Source of the DNA: a virus
Lineage: Duplodnaviria > Caudoviricetes
Virus record (IMG/VR): IMGVR_UViG_3300033073_001126
Span: 2,881 to 66,880 of that record
Direction: 5' to 3' (one strand)
Length of the DNA: 64,000 nucleotides
How positions within the stretch are numbered: position 1 is the stretch's first letter; the number at the start of each line of letters is the position of its first letter. Position numbers and translations under genes: made by a program. The notes beneath the pieces were generated by a model that did not search any database, had not been told where the DNA came from, and saw nothing but the letters and a program-made list of their open reading frames with translations. This document shows, piece after piece, positions 10,255 to 19,900 of the stretch.

Positions 10255-12477
10255 TTACCCCGTCCTCCTGCGAAGGAATGTGCCTTTGGGGAAAAGCCTC
10301 CCAGCAAGGCTCATTGGCCTATCAGCAACAAGAAATGGATTGTTGTATTCATTAATGTTGAACTCATAAAAATGCACCATTATGGTGGACATCGTGGCAT
10401 CGCTCTTTGTCCTGTCCGTAATATCAAACTGCATATTGTCGTTTATGTTGTTCAGAAACGGATAACGCAAAGGCTCTTCAGCAATATTGTAAGTGTGGTC
10501 GCCCAAATGAAGCGCATCCCCACGAAGGAAGTCATTAAAATAAGTTGCGCCCCTGCGGACGGCATCAGAGCCTTGCCCCTCCCCTCCGGTGTGTATGCCG
10601 ACAGTGTCCCATTGGCTTTGCGTAGGACTTGACTCATTAAGTATCTCGGCCTCCCTAAGAAGGAAGCCTCCATAGCCCCTTGCGTGGAAGAAGTTCTCAA
10701 CACTTATGCTTGTGTTGTTTTCAATCACTACAGGCATACTATAATACACAGCCGTCATTAGCAACTGATCCAAGTCTGCATTCATATCTGGGGAGCGGTG
10801 CAGAAAGGACAGGAATATCGAAGGAGTGGCGAAATAGCCGGGCATATCGTTCCCAGTCATAAGACGCTCCCTCCGATTCTGCTCTTCATAAGCCTTGTTG
10901 TAATAAAGCTTTCCCGTAATAGCCATTCTTGACCCCTTAGTCTTTGTGCTGGCTTTTAAGTATGGGTCAACTCCAAGTGCGCCCATCTTCCCATTGGTTG
11001 GGGCTTTGATGCCTCGCCTTGATGTGGTTCTATTTATGAATTGTGCAGATGGTTCCCAGGTTCTTTCAACCGGGCCTTTTGGGTCATCTCTCCAACCCAC
11101 CATTGTCCGCTCTTTTGGGTCAAGCCAATAGAAATAGCCGGTACGGATTTTATCCTGCACTTCCTTCGTGTCGGCACTTCGTTTTAGTGCCTGAAGGATG
11201 GTAACATCAAAAGGGCAATGCTCATTAAGGCTATTAAAGGCATCAGCAGGAGTGAATGGGTTTTGGCGGCATTCTTCTGCGTAAAGGTCATCAAGTCCAG
11301 CCTCAAGCAATTGCTGGCGGTCACGCATCAGTTTCTCTTTAGCCCCAATCCTCTCATCGTGTCCGTGCCTCTGCATCCACTCCCATTGCTCATCATCTGG
11401 ATAGTCTACAATGTCATTACCATAGGCATCTGTCCATCCCGGCAATCCCATATAAGCCGGGAGAAAAAGGCTGATGAGTTTGTTGGTGGTGGTGGGATAT
11501 TTGCCATCCTGCCTTGTTTCTATGTTGGCCTGCTCATAGAACTTTTGGAATTCTGCACCTCCCTGGTCGCCTTCTTCCGTTGTTGTAGGGAAGAAAGCAA
11601 ATCCCCTCTTGCGGCCATTAACCATCAAGGCTCTCACCTGTTTTGACCACCACTTGGTAATCTGCACAAGTACCCATTTACCTCCTTCATCCGCAAAAAG
11701 GCCGTTAAGACGCTTACCATCCCATCCTCGTTTGGTCAATGCACGAAGCCTGATTGAACCTCCGAGTGCTTTGGAAACGCTGGCAGTTTTCTTAGTTTTC
11801 GACTGCCGCTCCGGTGGCTCTACAAGAAGCAGTTCGTTTTTGTTCATCCTATGTACAGGAATCAGCCAAATAGGGAGAGCATTTACAGGCTTGGCAATGA
11901 GTTCATCAAAGTTCTCATCAGCAAGTTTTTGGTCGGAAGATGAAAGTCCTATGTTCTGCCTCTCAGCACGAATGGCAAGCCAGAACATAATGAGGTGACC
12001 CCAAGTGGATAAACCCTCCTGTCGGCCCTTCAGATAGACAACACCGAGTTCCTTGTGGTGCTGATATACATTCCAGCAGAAATGTAAAATCTTTCTCTGC
12101 CTTTCCCGATACTCAAGGAAGCCATCGTTCGTTTCAACTGCCGGCCTCCAATAGTTTAACCCGAAATACATCCAAGGGTTTATCCAGGTTAGGGTTCCAC
12201 GGATGTACACCCATTCTCCGGAATGGAATATCTTTTTGATTTCCTCCTTGATGAATTGTTGCTGAAGAGGAGTGTAGTGAATAGAGCCATCAGTTTGTAT
12301 CTGGCTCTTTTCAATGGACATATATTCAGGTATGGCAGTCCTCTTGTACTTTGCCTTTGGATCACCGTACCCTGGGACAATGGTTAAGTCCTCCGGGATG
12401 GGCGGAGTAATGCATTTGAGATTCCAGATTGTCTCCTCAATGCGTTTATTCTTTAATTCTGAATTCTTTCCAAGCAT
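10255..12477 (-). CDS. terL: Terminase large subunit (crAss-related type)
   Basis: Walker A-like YLKGRQEGLSTW, Walker B LFADEGGKW, coupling PTTTEE, RNase H-fold nuclease GVDPY, IENN and KSDATMS; 740 aa. Confidence 0.92.
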   Translation of the reverse strand: MLGKNSELKNKRIEETIWNLKCITPPIPEDLTIVPGYGDPKAKYKRTAIPEYMSIEKSQIQTDGSIHYTPLQQQFIKEEIKKIFHSGEWVYIRGTLTWINPWMYFGLNYWRPAVETNDGFLEYRERQRKILHFCWNVYQHHKELGVVYLKGRQEGLSTWGHLIMFWLAIRAERQNIGLSSSDQKLADENFDELIAKPVNALPIWLIPVHRMNKNELLLVEPPERQSKTKKTASVSKALGGSIRLRALTKRGWDGKRLNGLFADEGGKWVLVQITKWWSKQVRALMVNGRKRGFAFFPTTTEEGDQGGAEFQKFYEQANIETRQDGKYPTTTNKLISLFLPAYMGLPGWTDAYGNDIVDYPDDEQWEWMQRHGHDERIGAKEKLMRDRQQLLEAGLDDLYAEECRQNPFTPADAFNSLNEHCPFDVTILQALKRSADTKEVQDKIRTGYFYWLDPKERTMVGWRDDPKGPVERTWEPSAQFINRTTSRRGIKAPTNGKMGALGVDPYLKASTKTKGSRMAITGKLYYNKAYEEQNRRERLMTGNDMPGYFATPSIFLSFLHRSPDMNADLDQLLMTAVYYSMPVVIENNTSISVENFFHARGYGGFLLREAEILNESSPTQSQWDTVGIHTGGEGQGSDAVRRGATYFNDFLRGDALHLGDHTYNIAEEPLRYPFLNNINDNMQFDITDRTKSDATMSTIMVHFYEFNINEYNNPFLVADRPMSLAGRLFPKGTFLRRRTG

Positions 12478-12883
12478 CGTTCTTTTTCCGAAGTGCTTCC
12501 CTCATCTCTGCAAGGAACTTTTCAATTATGCTTTTGCAATGTAATACTCTTCCGCTGTTCTGCATATTCGGCAGTTTCCTGCTTAGTCTATCCATTGCAT
12601 TGAACATAGCCATCATTTCTTTCTTGGCCTGGAATGCTTTCCAGTCCCTTTCAAGAATGCTGCTATATGGGAATGCCCTCAACCCTTTTTTGAATAAAGG
12701 CTTACCCACTTCATATTCAAGTGTGGGATGGATGTATTCCTTGCTCTCGTTCACCATTTTCATATGAGCCTTCCCCTCCTCCACTTTCACCACCTCCCAT
12801 TTTGCGGTAGCGTACAGCCCTTTGAGGTAGATAAAATCTCCTTCTTCTATCCGCTTTGTCCGCTTCGGCGTAGCCCTTTTCAT
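12446..12883 (-). CDS. Hypothetical protein
   Basis: 145 aa ORF in operon orientation, abutting terL. Confidence 0.55.
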   Translation of the reverse strand: MKRATPKRTKRIEEGDFIYLKGLYATAKWEVVKVEEGKAHMKMVNESKEYIHPTLEYEVGKPLFKKGLRAFPYSSILERDWKAFQAKKEMMAMFNAMDRLSRKLPNMQNSGRVLHCKSIIEKFLAEMREALRKKNDAWKEFRIKE

Positions 12884-13124
12884 CTTTAACTCTTTTTAAA
12901 ATCCATTGCGTTTTGCTCTCCTTGATTAGGATGAAGCACCCACGATACATATGCTTTATGTACTTGCGGAATTCCACATGAGTTTTGCTGACAAATGTGG
13001 CTTTGCTCACAGGAACAAGATAGCCGAGAGGTACATCCCATAGAACTCTGCTTAGTATTATGAACTGTTCCCGCTTAGGCTTCCTCCGCTTCTTTTGCTT
13101 TTCCTTTACGATTGCTACTTTCAT
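12717..13124 (-). CDS. Hypothetical basic protein
   Basis: 135 aa ORF; the 3' third overlaps the next gene, so its extent is uncertain. Confidence 0.4.
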   Translation of the reverse strand: MKVAIVKEKQKKRRKPKREQFIILSRVLWDVPLGYLVPVSKATFVSKTHVEFRKYIKHMYRGCFILIKESKTQWILKRVKDEKGYAEADKADRRRRFYLPQRAVRYRKMGGGESGGGEGSYENGEREQGIHPSHT

Positions 13125-13638
13125 TGTTCACCTCCCTAAGAGCTGCTTCAAGTGCGCCCTCGCCAAAGTCGCTTTCTATCTTACCAGCATTAAAGTCTGC
13201 TTCGGCAACCTCATTCTTCTTGAATAGGTCATCGGCAAGTCTGCGGATTTCATCCATTACCGGCTTCAGCTTTAGGCTATTGTCAATCTTCACTTTGTAC
13301 GAAGAGTTCTCGTTGTTGGCTTTCCCTTCGGTGCCTGGCGATTCCGGGCTGCGGATGGACTCACAAACATTGTGGTACATCATCACCATAGACCAGTATG
13401 CCTCGGCTTTCATATTGAATAGGAAATATTCCTTGCTGGCTTCACGAAGAGTATCTTCACTCAGAGAATATCCCATCCTCCGTGTAGTTTCCGCCACCCT
13501 GCCCTCCCAGGTCAAACTCAGCGGAATCAAGTCTGAGTAGATTAACTCCACCCACGGTTTCGCCCTTTCTGATATTCTCTCTGAATTTTGAAAGGAGGTA
13601 TTTGGCCCCTCTGAATGTATTTTCTTTGACTTCGCCAT
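13075..13638 (-). CDS. Hypothetical protein, candidate terminase small subunit
   Basis: 187 aa helical protein shortly upstream of terL; function from position only. Confidence 0.35.
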   Translation of the reverse strand: MAKSKKIHSEGPNTSFQNSERISERAKPWVELIYSDLIPLSLTWEGRVAETTRRMGYSLSEDTLREASKEYFLFNMKAEAYWSMVMMYHNVCESIRSPESPGTEGKANNENSSYKVKIDNSLKLKPVMDEIRRLADDLFKKNEVAEADFNAGKIESDFGEGALEAALREVNNESSNRKGKAKEAEEA

Positions 13639-13909
13639 TCTCTATTTCTTTTAGCAATTTTTCATACATCTCCATAAGCACCGGCAATGCTCCAATGAGG
13701 AAACTATCGCCTGTGCTTCCTATGCCCGTAGCTACAAGTACATTACTTTTTCGGACATAAATTTCGTAGCATTTAAGCGTCTCATTAAAGACTCTTCGCC
13801 AACTATCCTTGGAAGGCGGTAGATGTATATTCCCATCTGGCTTCCTTCCATCCCCTGCCTTACCCTTGGCTTTGACCTTGTCTTTAGCAGCTTTTTTGTT
13901 ATCCTCCAT
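13457..13909 (-). CDS. Hypothetical protein
   Basis: 150 aa ORF; overlaps the downstream gene by 182 nt. Confidence 0.45.
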   Translation of the reverse strand: MEDNKKAAKDKVKAKGKAGDGRKPDGNIHLPPSKDSWRRVFNETLKCYEIYVRKSNVLVATGIGSTGDSFLIGALPVLMEMYEKLLKEIENGEVKENTFRGAKYLLSKFRENIRKGETVGGVNLLRLDSAEFDLGGQGGGNYTEDGIFSE

Positions 13910-14036
13910 GATCGTTTTAGTTCGTGAAGATGGGCATATGGGTAGAACTGGATTCCCTGGGAGAAGAACTCATCAAACTGATAAAACCGAAATCTCCCAA
14001 CCCTGTGTTCATTGTAGTAAAGCCAAATGTTTGGAT

Positions 14037-14258
14037 TTAAAACTCTCCCGACCTCCATATCACTATTGCACACGGCTCCTTGTCTGTTGCATCAAGAAAA
14101 TCATACTCAAATCTGCCAGAGATTCCTTCCAGCCTTCGCCATCTGCAAAAAGTACTTCGGAGGCTATCGTAGTGTCTTGTTGTAAGTCCGGGAAAGACGA
14201 CATACTTGACATTTTCTTTAGCAAAGCCTGAAAAGTCATATTTGACCGGCCTTCCCAT
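14037..14258 (-). CDS. Small putative DNA-binding protein
   Basis: Likely start ATG 14258, MGRPVKYDF..., resembling small GRPxKYxF-type phage proteins. Confidence 0.5.
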   Translation of the reverse strand: MGRPVKYDFSGFAKENVKYVVFPGLTTRHYDSLRSTFCRWRRLEGISGRFEYDFLDATDKEPCAIVIWRSGEF

Positions 14259-14293
14259 TTTTTTCCTTTCCTTGAAAAGCGGGACATCCTTTT

Positions 14294-14935
14294 TCACTTT
14301 ACTGGCTTTTTCTTCACATATGTCATCTTTGAGGCATCCTCCCCGTGGCACAGCACCATTCTTTTGCGGACAAGAAACCCTCCATTCCACCCCAGGCGAA
14401 CATTGCTTTCATCCCCCCAAAACAAAATGGTTCCTTCGGGAAAATGTTCATTCTTGCCCACAACCTTGCCCCTGTCTGTGTAGTATTCCCGGATGTGCTG
14501 AGTTGGCTTCTGCATTGTGTCATAGCTTATCAGTTCGATGTTGGGAATAATCAACCCAGAGGCAGACCTTGCGGTTTCAATGGGTTGGCAGTAGATGTAC
14601 TCTCCCACCATATTCCCATCAATTGAGATGATGCTTTTGGGAAGAACCAGCAGATGGCCGTCAATCTTAGGCATATGCCCCCGATAAACGGAGTGCGCCT
14701 CAGAAAACCAAAATGTAGCCTTCTTCCCTACATACTCCTCGTTGTTTTCGCCCGATAAGGGAGTCTTAACTATGGTTCCTTCCTCACATAGCCCATTCGT
14801 TTCATTGTATATATTCGATGGGCTATGCAGCAATAGAGTGCCATACTCAATAGTATCCTTGTAAATCCCGGTGATTTCAACAAGGTACTCCCTTACCGGA
14901 CGAAGCGATTCGGTATATGGTGTAACAAATGCCAT
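14294..14935 (-). CDS. GroES-like protein (tandem degenerate Cpn10 domains)
   Basis: GEYIYCQPIETARSASGLIIP...RGKVV resembles the GroES mobile loop; a second beta-rich half precedes it; adjacent to a bona fide groES. Confidence 0.6.
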   Translation of the reverse strand: MAFVTPYTESLRPVREYLVEITGIYKDTIEYGTLLLHSPSNIYNETNGLCEEGTIVKTPLSGENNEEYVGKKATFWFSEAHSVYRGHMPKIDGHLLVLPKSIISIDGNMVGEYIYCQPIETARSASGLIIPNIELISYDTMQKPTQHIREYYTDRGKVVGKNEHFPEGTILFWGDESNVRLGWNGGFLVRKRMVLCHGEDASKMTYVKKKPVK

Positions 14936-15207
14936 TACAGGATGCAGTGAATGTCAAATTCCCTCATAATGAGGTATTCGGTTTTGTTGAATTCGGCTCT
15001 TGTTCCCGATCCACGGGTGTAGAGAACTTTGTCCCCCACTTTAACCACCTCAACATTGTTGCCTATGGCAATAACCTCTCCCTGCGGAGGGGATTCTTTT
15101 GCGGTGTCAGGAACGGCAAGGATGCCCTTCTCATCGTAAAACTCAGCGGCCTTCTCCGGGAGGACAAGAACCCTGGTGTCAATCATCGTAACCTTCGGAT
15201 GCGTCAT
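14935..15207 (-). CDS. groES: Co-chaperonin GroES (Cpn10)
   Basis: DTRVLVLPE, GILAVPDTAKESPPQGEVIAIG, VKVGDKVLY, YLIMREFDI; 90 aa. Confidence 0.9.
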   Translation of the reverse strand: MTHPKVTMIDTRVLVLPEKAAEFYDEKGILAVPDTAKESPPQGEVIAIGNNVEVVKVGDKVLYTRGSGTRAEFNKTEYLIMREFDIHCIL

Positions 15208-15213
15208 AATATA

Positions 15214-15594
15214 TTAATAAATGATTTCTGCTAAATCTGGAGGAGTGTAGTTTTCTGATTTCATCACTTTCCCATCCTCTCTGTATATCGGATTGCCGTC
15301 TTTGTCAAGCTTTGACATATTGCTCCGATGAACTTCATCAAAAAGGGCTGGGAGTTTGTCAGCAATTCCATACTCAATTGCCGTGCCAATCAGAATGTAA
15401 AGACAGTCCGTGATAGCATCAGCAACATCAACAAGGGTTCCGGTAGTTCCTGCCTCAAACAATTCCACCACCTCCTCGTCAAGAAGGCGATGCCTCATAA
15501 TTGTCCTATCAATTGGTAGGAATCTTGTCTTGTCTGCTATTGGGTGCTTGAAAGCTTTGTAGAACTCCAACACTTGATTGACTTGTCTTTCCAT
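15214..15594 (-). CDS. MazG-like nucleotide pyrophosphohydrolase (PRA-PH / DR2231-type)
   Basis: EEVVELFEA...VADAITDCLY, VHRSNMSK, DGKVMK motifs. Confidence 0.88.
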   Translation of the reverse strand: MERQVNQVLEFYKAFKHPIADKTRFLPIDRTIMRHRLLDEEVVELFEAGTTGTLVDVADAITDCLYILIGTAIEYGIADKLPALFDEVHRSNMSKLDKDGNPIYREDGKVMKSENYTPPDLAEIIY

Positions 15595-15610
15595 AATTCT
15601 GCGTAGCGCA

Positions 15611-15641
15611 CAAAACTATGGCAATATTTTCACAAGTCAAA
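15611..15641 (-). promoter_or_regulatory. Bacteroidetes sigma promoter (-33 TTTG / -7 TAGTTTTG) for the mazG-groES genes
   Basis: Minus strand TTTG (15641-15638), 19 nt, TAGTTTTG (15618-15611). Confidence 0.65.
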
Positions 15642-16050
15642 CTTTCTTTCTCTGCGCCTTTGTTATTTCTGCGTGGCACTCTTTGCAAACCACCTCCAAA
15701 AGGGACACATCTTCAACAAACAACCTCTCGCAAAATCCCGGCAAATCAGCATACGATTTAAGGCTGCCCACGGGAACAATGTGGTTTACTTCGACACTCT
15801 GCCTAACAAGCATTTTGCTGCACTTGCAACACTTGTAAAGAGTTCTTATCCTTCCCCCAATGTTGCATTTTACTGTCGCTTGCCGCAGAGCCACTTGAAA
15901 TGGCTTCCACCAGCGGCTAATGTTCCTTAGCCCTGCCCTAATTTTGCCCATATGCTGGCTTTCGGTTTCGGTGGCATAGTTCCGGGTTCGCTCCACCCTT
16001 ATGGTTTTTGGCTTAGTAGCCCTCTTTTTACTTTTCGTAGATGATTTCAT
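15637..16050 (-). CDS. HNH-family endonuclease
   Basis: YKCCKC...VEVNHIVPVG...LEVVCKECHAEIT; start moved to ATG 16050. Confidence 0.8.
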   Translation of the reverse strand: MKSSTKSKKRATKPKTIRVERTRNYATETESQHMGKIRAGLRNISRWWKPFQVALRQATVKCNIGGRIRTLYKCCKCSKMLVRQSVEVNHIVPVGSLKSYADLPGFCERLFVEDVSLLEVVCKECHAEITKAQRKKV

Positions 16051-16420
16051 TAGGGTCTGGGATATAAATGCCAAGCTCCGTTACTGCAAAGGTGCGAATT
16101 TGCTCAATGTATTCGTTCATCTCAATTGTGTTCAGAGATGTGGTTGACCTAACAAACATCTGAGGCTTTTTGTCAGGTACATCTTTAGCGTATTTGAGAA
16201 ACATCCGCTGCATAAGCTGATGAGCCTCATCTTTAGTAAAGCCGGTCTCTTCGCTGAGGTAGGCAAGCACAACTCCCCAGTAATACCGTGATTGGGCAAG
16301 CGACCTCGTTGGCTTGCTTTTTTTTAGGGAAAGCGCAAATGTCCCCTTGAGGTTCTTGAGGATGGAGAAGAGTTTCCTTTTGTCCTCCTCTTTGTCAAAG
16401 TTAATTAGTAGGTCTATCAT
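16028..16420 (-). CDS. NinB/Orf-like recombination protein
   Basis: RSLAQSRYYWGVV...EAHQLM...STTSLNTIEMNEYIEQIRTFA is typical of the NinB/YbcN family. Confidence 0.7.
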   Translation of the reverse strand: MIDLLINFDKEEDKRKLFSILKNLKGTFALSLKKSKPTRSLAQSRYYWGVVLAYLSEETGFTKDEAHQLMQRMFLKYAKDVPDKKPQMFVRSTTSLNTIEMNEYIEQIRTFAVTELGIYIPDPNEIIYEK

Positions 16421-16863
16421 TTTTTCCGTTTTACTTTTTTTGCCGTAATTGCTTCTGGGCTTCGGTAGGTGTCCCCAGGTTTCATATAAAGCCGCAGAAA
16501 GGAAAGGGGAGGCGGGTCTGCGCTACGCAACATAGTCCTTTGCCAGTCCACTCTTTGAAAATACTCCTCAATCGCTTTATAAGCCTCTGTTTTTTGTCCA
16601 ATGACTTCAGAGTCATAAAATTCTTTTGCGTGTCTTATGCTCAATGTTACAAGCCTCATTTTTGATTTGGCAGACAGAATGGATTTCCAATTTGTAGAAT
16701 GCACACAATTATCAACCAATTCAAGCAATTCATTGCGCTCTGCCATAAATTCCTCATCATCCAGGTATTCATGCGGAGGCTGGCAAATGTAGGCATAGCA
16801 GAAAGTGTGGAGAATATCCCACTTTCGCTGGTCTATATCAGAAAGGGGCTTCTCCATTTTCAA
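16417..16863 (-). CDS. Hypothetical protein
   Basis: 148 aa ORF coupled to neighbours by overlaps. Confidence 0.55.
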   Translation of the reverse strand: MKMEKPLSDIDQRKWDILHTFCYAYICQPPHEYLDDEEFMAERNELLELVDNCVHSTNWKSILSAKSKMRLVTLSIRHAKEFYDSEVIGQKTEAYKAIEEYFQRVDWQRTMLRSADPPPLSFLRLYMKPGDTYRSPEAITAKKVKRKK

Positions 16864-18700
16864 TTGCTATTGCAAGCTGGTTTGATTCAAATGCCTCTAT
16901 CCTGCTGTAGAAATCCTTCACCTTCACTTCGCCATCCAGCGTGTTGCCCACAACATAGCAGTCGTTGTTCCAATTTGGAACAGGTACGGGATCAACCTTT
17001 GGGTCGAAGCGGATGGTTTCATACCGGCCATTGTTGAAATTCCACTTGAAGAAAGCCTCCTCCCCTCCCTTGCCAAGGTGCTGGAACTTTACCTTCAATG
17101 TCTTCACCCGGACAAAGTCCAAGTCCATATCACGGACAACTCCCAAAATGTGATAGGCCATATCAAACATTTCGCCTCCGCCTTTGATGTCGTAAGCATC
17201 CGGCATCTGGTATGTGTTTGTACCCTCAATCTTTTTCATCTTCACAGGATGGGCAACCAGATAGACAATGCTTTTAGTCCTCTTGCAGAAAATGTCAATT
17301 TCGTTTAGGTAGTCAGAGGTGTAATCATTCACCTGTTTGTTTGCGCTCTCCTTCAGCCGGGTTTTGTTGTACGGATCAATCACAAACACCTTAACCCCTT
17401 TCCGCCTAACAAGCTCCTCAAACTTTTTCAAAATCTTGTGGAGGTCATATCCATCCTCAAATTCCACATGGAGGAAGTTCTCTCTGTAAAACTCCTTCGA
17501 TGCACGGAATGCGGATGATTTGATGTGCTGTTCGTTTTTTGGCCTATAGCCAAGAATCTTCCGGATTATTTTGTCTGCGTGGAGATAGTTTGGCTTGTTC
17601 TCAGGGGAGGCAAATGCCGTTTTCATTCCGTAGCGAAGGGCATACCCAAGGCAGATGCTATCTACAAACTCACTCTTGCCTGATCCAGGAGGGCCGGTGA
17701 TGATGGAATACTGACCAGGCTCTATGGAATAGATGTCATCAATAGCCTCCATTCCTGTGGTGTAGCCTTTTGGAGAGCCGTTCAGATAGAAGTTCTCAAG
17801 GTCATATTCAAAATCATCAAGGGTTTGGATGTTTTCCAAGGGGAACTGCGTGGCATTGTCAATGGTTGCCGCCAATGCCTCCTTGCCGTATTTAACCAAA
17901 TACTCATTGGCATCCTTGCAATCCTTGAAATCAACCAGCCAGCATTTCTCCATCCCAAACCTCCGAACCAGTTCCTGCTTTCCGTGATTGCCCGGCTCAT
18001 CATTGTCAACGGCAAGGTATATCCGCTCTTTGTTCTCAAAGTAGTGGTAGTAGTTGTCAAGATACTGAAGGTTGATGCTGCTTGTGCCATCGGGTCTTGG
18101 AAGGGTGAAGCCATTTGGAACGCTGGTTACATTCTTCACTCCGGCTTCAACATATGCCAGGGCATCCCATTCTCCTTCCACAATCACACAGGATGGCTCG
18201 TGGAGGATGCTGTCAAGATTGTACATAATCAACTCGCATCCCTTCTCAAACTTGAAGTCCTTGTTTGGGCCACGATATTTGATGTTGACAAGCTCCCCCT
18301 GGAACTTGTAAGGAAACTCCATCACCGGAACCTCCTTCTGCGCCTTCGGCATCCATTGCTGGCTGATGTTAATTCCCATCTCCTCAAGGGTTGTCTTACT
18401 GATTCCACGATCATTGAGGCTGTGCGTTGCCACCTTCTCCGGGATGAAAGGCTTTTCGGTGCGTGGCTGTGGCTTGGAATACTCTTTCGCATCCCGCTTT
18501 TTCTTGAATGTGTGAAGCTGCACCTTTTCCCCGCAGTGGTTGCAATGGCCGAGGCCAAGTTCCCAGTTTACGGACATACACTTTTGGCTTTTGTTCTTTG
18601 CGCTTCTGCTTTCGCTGCAAAGAGGGCAAGTCCAAGCGGTTGCGCCCTGCTTTATGCCGTGGATGTTGTACTCGTCAATTTCAAATCCGTTAATTTCCAT
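16838..18700 (-). CDS. Primase-helicase (T7 gp4 / Twinkle-like: Zn-binding, TOPRIM, SF4 helicase)
   Basis: CPLC...CNHC zinc domain; VEGEWDAL and LAVDNDEPG TOPRIM; GPPGSGKS Walker A, IDPYN, LVAHP; 620 aa. Confidence 0.93.
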   Translation of the reverse strand: MEINGFEIDEYNIHGIKQGATAWTCPLCSESRSAKNKSQKCMSVNWELGLGHCNHCGEKVQLHTFKKKRDAKEYSKPQPRTEKPFIPEKVATHSLNDRGISKTTLEEMGINISQQWMPKAQKEVPVMEFPYKFQGELVNIKYRGPNKDFKFEKGCELIMYNLDSILHEPSCVIVEGEWDALAYVEAGVKNVTSVPNGFTLPRPDGTSSINLQYLDNYYHYFENKERIYLAVDNDEPGNHGKQELVRRFGMEKCWLVDFKDCKDANEYLVKYGKEALAATIDNATQFPLENIQTLDDFEYDLENFYLNGSPKGYTTGMEAIDDIYSIEPGQYSIITGPPGSGKSEFVDSICLGYALRYGMKTAFASPENKPNYLHADKIIRKILGYRPKNEQHIKSSAFRASKEFYRENFLHVEFEDGYDLHKILKKFEELVRRKGVKVFVIDPYNKTRLKESANKQVNDYTSDYLNEIDIFCKRTKSIVYLVAHPVKMKKIEGTNTYQMPDAYDIKGGGEMFDMAYHILGVVRDMDLDFVRVKTLKVKFQHLGKGGEEAFFKWNFNNGRYETIRFDPKVDPVPVPNWNNDCYVVGNTLDGEVKVKDFYSRIEAFESNQLAIAIENGEAPF

Positions 18701-18706
18701 TTGCTA

Positions 18707-19573
18707 TTAGTCAAAGTATTCGTAAACGATTTCATAGGTGCTGTCAGGATTGCCCGAAACAATGAGGTCGTATTCCTCCCTGGTTGCGACTTTCACCCTA
18801 TCCGGGAAATCCGTGTCAAAGTATTTCACCTTGGCTTTTCTGCCAGGGAATTGCTTTGTAGGTGCGGCGGCAAAGTTATTTCCTTTCGGCTCAAAGAATC
18901 CCTGATAGTTCATCGCCATTGAATGCTCTACAATTTCCATTGCTCTTTCAGGATTGCCTTTAGAAATTTTCCAAAGACGATTTATCATAGTCTGGATTGA
19001 TTTAGAACCAGCATACTTCTGCTTCTTTTCAGCCTTGTATTCAAGCCACTCTGCTACGGCTTTGTCCAATCCTCTGTAATCAATCTGGACATTTTCCCCC
19101 TTGGGGGATAAAGGGGGATTATTCTTATTTCTTTGTTGTATATCTTCTTTCTTTAATAGGTGCTCACCATGAGCATCGGACCGGTGCTCACTATGTACAT
19201 CGGTAAGTTCATCCCGGTGCTCACTATGAGCATCGGTAGAATACATCAAAGGAGGGGGGGTTAATAAAGAATAGTCATAAACTATATACCCCTTGCTGTC
19301 AAATTTCCCATCTTTTTTTATTAAATCCGTTTCGTACATATACCCAAATCGCTTCATCTCATCAAAGCATCTGTCAATTGTTCTACGGCTTACTTTCAAC
19401 CTATTTTGAAGATCTTTTTTTCTTACTACCCAATCTTCAGGAAGCGACAAAATAAAAATCAATATGCCACGAGCTTCTATAGTTATTCGATTATCCTGAA
19501 TAACATCATTGCCGACAATGGTAAAGTTTTTTGTTCTCTTAGAACGCCTTACTGGTTCATTTCCGTTATTCAT
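18707..19573 (-). CDS. Phage replication initiator (lambda O-like, N-terminal HTH)
   Basis: NFTIVGNDVIQDNRITIEARGILIFILSLPEDW N-terminus; C-terminal WLEYKAEKK...SMAMNYQGFFE; internal repeats; directly upstream of the primase-helicase. Confidence 0.8.
   Translation of the reverse strand: MNNGNEPVRRSKRTKNFTIVGNDVIQDNRITIEARGILIFILSLPEDWVVRKKDLQNRLKVSRRTIDRCFDEMKRFGYMYETDLIKKDGKFDSKGYIVYDYSLLTPPPLMYSTDAHSEHRDELTDVHSEHRSDAHGEHLLKKEDIQQRNKNNPPLSPKGENVQIDYRGLDKAVAEWLEYKAEKKQKYAGSKSIQTMINRLWKISKGNPERAMEIVEHSMAMNYQGFFEPKGNNFAAAPTKQFPGRKAKVKYFDTDFPDRVKVATREEYDLIVSGNPDSTYEIVYEYFD
19159..19236. repeat. Three 21-bp iteron-like direct repeats inside the initiator gene (candidate origin)
   Basis: GGTGCTCACCATGAGCATCGG (19159-79), GGTGCTCACTATGTACATCGG (19183-203), GGTGCTCACTATGAGCATCGG (19216-36); internal palindrome TGCTCA-N3-TGAGCA; adjacent AT-rich tract. 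Confidence 0.75.
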
Positions 19574-19577
19574 ATTT

Positions 19578-19898
19578 TTAATAGTTTATTTCAGGGAAAA
19601 ACTCTTTTTCATTGGCAAAGGCATACCAAAACCTATTAATCTCTGGCTTGCTTTTTTCTCCAAGAATCAATACTCCTTGATTTACAAGCGATTCGCAGAT
19701 TCTTTTAATCTGCTTCTTAGACCAATAGGGCCAGGTTTTTTGCGTAGAAGGCAGAACCAATAATGCCCATGTTCTGCCATCATAAAAATTCCTGTTGTTC
19801 GCAATGTCGTGCACAATAAAATGCTGGAGTGAGTTGATAATTATAGCCTCTGGCAGACCATACTTTTCAGCGTGATAAATATTAAATGAATGGTACAT
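19578..19898 (-). CDS. Winged-helix protein resembling the N-terminal domain of phage replisome organisers
   Basis: HSFNIYHAEKYGLPEAIII...DGRTW...PYWSKKQIKRICESLVNQGVL...NRFWYA; 106 aa, no C-terminal domain. Confidence 0.65.
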   Translation of the reverse strand: MYHSFNIYHAEKYGLPEAIIINSLQHFIVHDIANNRNFYDGRTWALLVLPSTQKTWPYWSKKQIKRICESLVNQGVLILGEKSKPEINRFWYAFANEKEFFPEINY

Positions 19899-19900
19899 AA

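Noticed and set aside
17825-18922. 365-aa plus-strand ORF (likewise 51602-52576, 52797-53804, 32153-32791 and other antisense ORFs in the track)
   Set aside because: Shadow frames opposite well-supported genes; no motifs or start context.
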